This document shows positions 61,962 to 64,000 of a stretch of 64,000 nt of DNA, one piece after another. Source of the DNA: Spirochaetales bacterium (GTDB lineage Bacteria > Spirochaetota > Spirochaetia > Treponematales > UBA12059). The DNA lies in NCBI GenBank assembly GCA_016926955.1, contig JAFGNN010000001.1, positions 29,968-93,967 on the forward strand, given 5' to 3'. The notes under the pieces were generated by a model, which made no database searches, was not told the origin of the DNA, and worked only from the letters and a program-made list of their open reading frames with translations. Each line of letters opens with the position of its first letter. The first letter of the stretch is position 1. The translations under genes and the position numbers were made by a program.

Positions 61962-63548
61962 ATGAAAAAGTCCCTTCCCTTTATCGCGCTCGCTCTCGTC
62001 GCGTTCGCGGTCTCCTGCTCGAGCCCGCTCGACGCGATCGAGGACAACGAGTACGCGATCGAAAAGCCCGAGATCACGCGCGAGTCGGCGGAGCGCGTCC
62101 CGATCATGACCAGCGCGGACGCCTACGAGCAGGATGACTCCACCAGCTACGCGAAGACCATCACGGTCAACGCGACGGCGCAGGACCACAACTTCTACGA
62201 CGACGCCACCGACTGGATCAAGTTCACGGCCACCGCCGGCACCACCTACACGATCGAGTCGTGGGTGTTCGGTTACGGCGACACGGTACTCTACCTCTAC
62301 TACGGCACCTCGACCCTCAAGGCGTCGAACGACGACAAAGCCTCGGGCGATTACGGCTCGCGCATCGTCTACACCCCGACGGCCTCGGGCACATACTACA
62401 TCCGCGCGTATTCCTACGGCGGGCGCTCCGGCACCAACCGCGGCTATTCGATCTCGGTGACGGCGGGCAGCTCGGGCGGCGGCGGCACGGTCACCCTGCC
62501 CCAGCCAAAGAAGGCCTGGACCGTCCTCGTCTACCTCGACGCGGACAACAACCTTTCCAGCTACGGCGCGAAGGACATCGAGGAGATGAAGGCCGTCGGC
62601 TCGACCGCCGGAGTCAACATCGTGGTCCTCTGGGACAACACCTCGACGACGCACGGCTACTACTACATCCAGAAAGGCGCGGCGACCCTGGTCCGCGACA
62701 CCGGTGAAGTCAACATGGGATTGACGAGCACCGCGACCGCCTTCATCGACTACGCGGCAACGAATTTCCCCGCGGACAAGTACATGTGGATCTGGTGGAA
62801 CCACGGCGGCGCGGTGGACCGCGCGGCTCGCGGCGTCTGCTGGGACGACACCAATTCGGGCGACCACCTTTCCGAGGTCGAGCAGAAGACCATCATGAAC
62901 TACGGCGTCACCAAATTCGGCAGGAAGTTCGAGGCCGTCGGCTTCGACGCCTGCCTGATGGCCACCGAGGAGATTTTCTACCAGTACCGCAATGTCGCCA
63001 ACTACATGGCCGCCAGCGAGCAGACCGAGCCCGGCGACGGCTGGAACTACGCCTTCCTGTCGACGCTCACGACGACCCCGACCGTCACGGGAGACGCCGC
63101 GACCAAGGCCATCTTCGACAAATACAAGGCCTGGTACTCCTCCTATTCCGACGTGACCTTCTCGACCGCCAACCTGGCCTACGCCGACGACGTCGGCATC
63201 GCGCTCGGCAACTTCGCGTCCGCAGCGATCTCGTCCGGGGTTTCCGGCTCGACGTACAGGAACCTGGCTCCGAGCACCTCGTTCTCCGGCTACACGAAGG
63301 ACATCGTGTGGTACATGAACAACATCATCGCGAGCTCGGCCATCCCGCAGACGGTCAAGGACAAGGCGAGCGCCGTGAAGACTTTGATCACCGGCAGCCT
63401 CATCCGCAACAACTGGTCGGGCTCCGCCTGGCTCAACAAGGCATTCGGCGCATCGATCACGCTCATGGCCGACACGACGACCTACAGCTACCTCGACCTC
63501 TGCGTCGACACGCAGTGGGACGAGTTCCTGACCTTCGCGGGCTTCTGA
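61962..63548 (+). CDS. Clostripain-related (C11) cysteine peptidase lipoprotein with PPC-like domain
   Basis: AVS-C lipobox; DWIKF...DTVLYLY...NDD domain; WTVLVYLDADNNL, WNHGG (His), GFDACLM (Cys), ASEQTEPGDGW. Confidence 0.9.
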   Translation: MKKSLPFIALALVAFAVSCSSPLDAIEDNEYAIEKPEITRESAERVPIMTSADAYEQDDSTSYAKTITVNATAQDHNFYDDATDWIKFTATAGTTYTIESWVFGYGDTVLYLYYGTSTLKASNDDKASGDYGSRIVYTPTASGTYYIRAYSYGGRSGTNRGYSISVTAGSSGGGGTVTLPQPKKAWTVLVYLDADNNLSSYGAKDIEEMKAVGSTAGVNIVVLWDNTSTTHGYYYIQKGAATLVRDTGEVNMGLTSTATAFIDYAATNFPADKYMWIWWNHGGAVDRAARGVCWDDTNSGDHLSEVEQKTIMNYGVTKFGRKFEAVGFDACLMATEEIFYQYRNVANYMAASEQTEPGDGWNYAFLSTLTTTPTVTGDAATKAIFDKYKAWYSSYSDVTFSTANLAYADDVGIALGNFASAAISSGVSGSTYRNLAPSTSFSGYTKDIVWYMNNIIASSAIPQTVKDKASAVKTLITGSLIRNNWSGSAWLNKAFGASITLMADTTTYSYLDLCVDTQWDEFLTFAGF

Positions 63549-63636
63549 CGCATACCCGCGCGCGCTGCCCGGAAAGCGTAGGCGTTCCAGGCAGCGCGGC
63601 GGGGAGCCAGGCTTCGCACCGTTCCGGTGCGGGGCC

Positions 63637-63693
63637 TGGCGGCGAAAGAACATGCCCCGTCGCTGACGCTCGGGGGCATGTTTTTCGCCGCCA
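63637..63693. repeat. REP-like stem-loop B
   Basis: TGGCGGCGAAAGAACATGCCCC / GGGGCATGTTTTTCGCCGCCA enclosing GTCGCTGACGCTCG. Confidence 0.7.
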
Positions 63694-63726
63694 CCCGCGG
63701 CGCCGGATGCCACGAAACTCGGTCAC

Positions 63727-64000
63727 CGCATCGCATCCACACCACGCCGCATTTCCTCCCACGCGCGCGAGGAGGCGTACATCCGCACGGTTGCGGCGCC
63801 GCGGGCCACGCGGTTCGGTGGACGCATCGCATCGACAGCACGCCGTCATTCCGGAAAGTGCGCGCGGGAATCGGGGCGGTAACCCGGAGGATGGCGGCGT
63901 CGGAGGGGCGGCGCGGGGAGGCGTACATCCGCACGGTTGCGGCGCCGCGGGCCACGCGGCTCGGTGGACGCATCGCATCCACACCACGCCGCATTTCCTT
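63727..64000. repeat. About 80-bp imperfect direct repeats, possibly continuing past the window end
   Basis: GAGGCGTACATCCGCACGGTTGCGGCGCCGCGGGCCACGCGG(T/C)TCGGTGGACGCATCGCATC at 63772 and 63918; partial 3' copy at 63727. Confidence 0.8.

Noticed and set aside
63727-64000. CRISPR array
   Set aside because: Unit about 80 bp with very unequal spacers; outside CRISPR norms

Overview
High-GC (about 70% by eye) bacterial chromosomal window, most likely from a free-living anaerobic spirochaete. This is inferred from a PlzA/TP0086-type PilZ protein, a GerMN protein and spirochaete-style lipoproteins. About 47 CDS; no rRNA, tRNA, CRISPR array, transposase or prophage seen. Main loci: a giant repeat-rich autotransporter (5' end outside the window), two orphan sensor kinases, a tatA-tatC-DUF362-polyferredoxin cassette, an alpha-2-macroglobulin/PBP1C pair, a trimeric [FeFe]-hydrogenase and a clostripain-like lipoprotein. 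Best leads: (i) a promoter, leaderless YFYY leader peptide and terminator forming an attenuator-like module at 10.27-10.57 kb that leads only to a 5-codon ORF and hairpins, not a biosynthetic gene; (ii) a hydrogenase HydB subunit whose ferredoxin-type C-terminus is replaced by a GltD/NfnA-like FAD/NADPH module; (iii) two covarying copies of a Flavo-1-like structured RNA; (iv) recurrent leaderless gene starts; (v) several small intergenic repeat families. All calls come from reading motifs by eye; no database searches were run.
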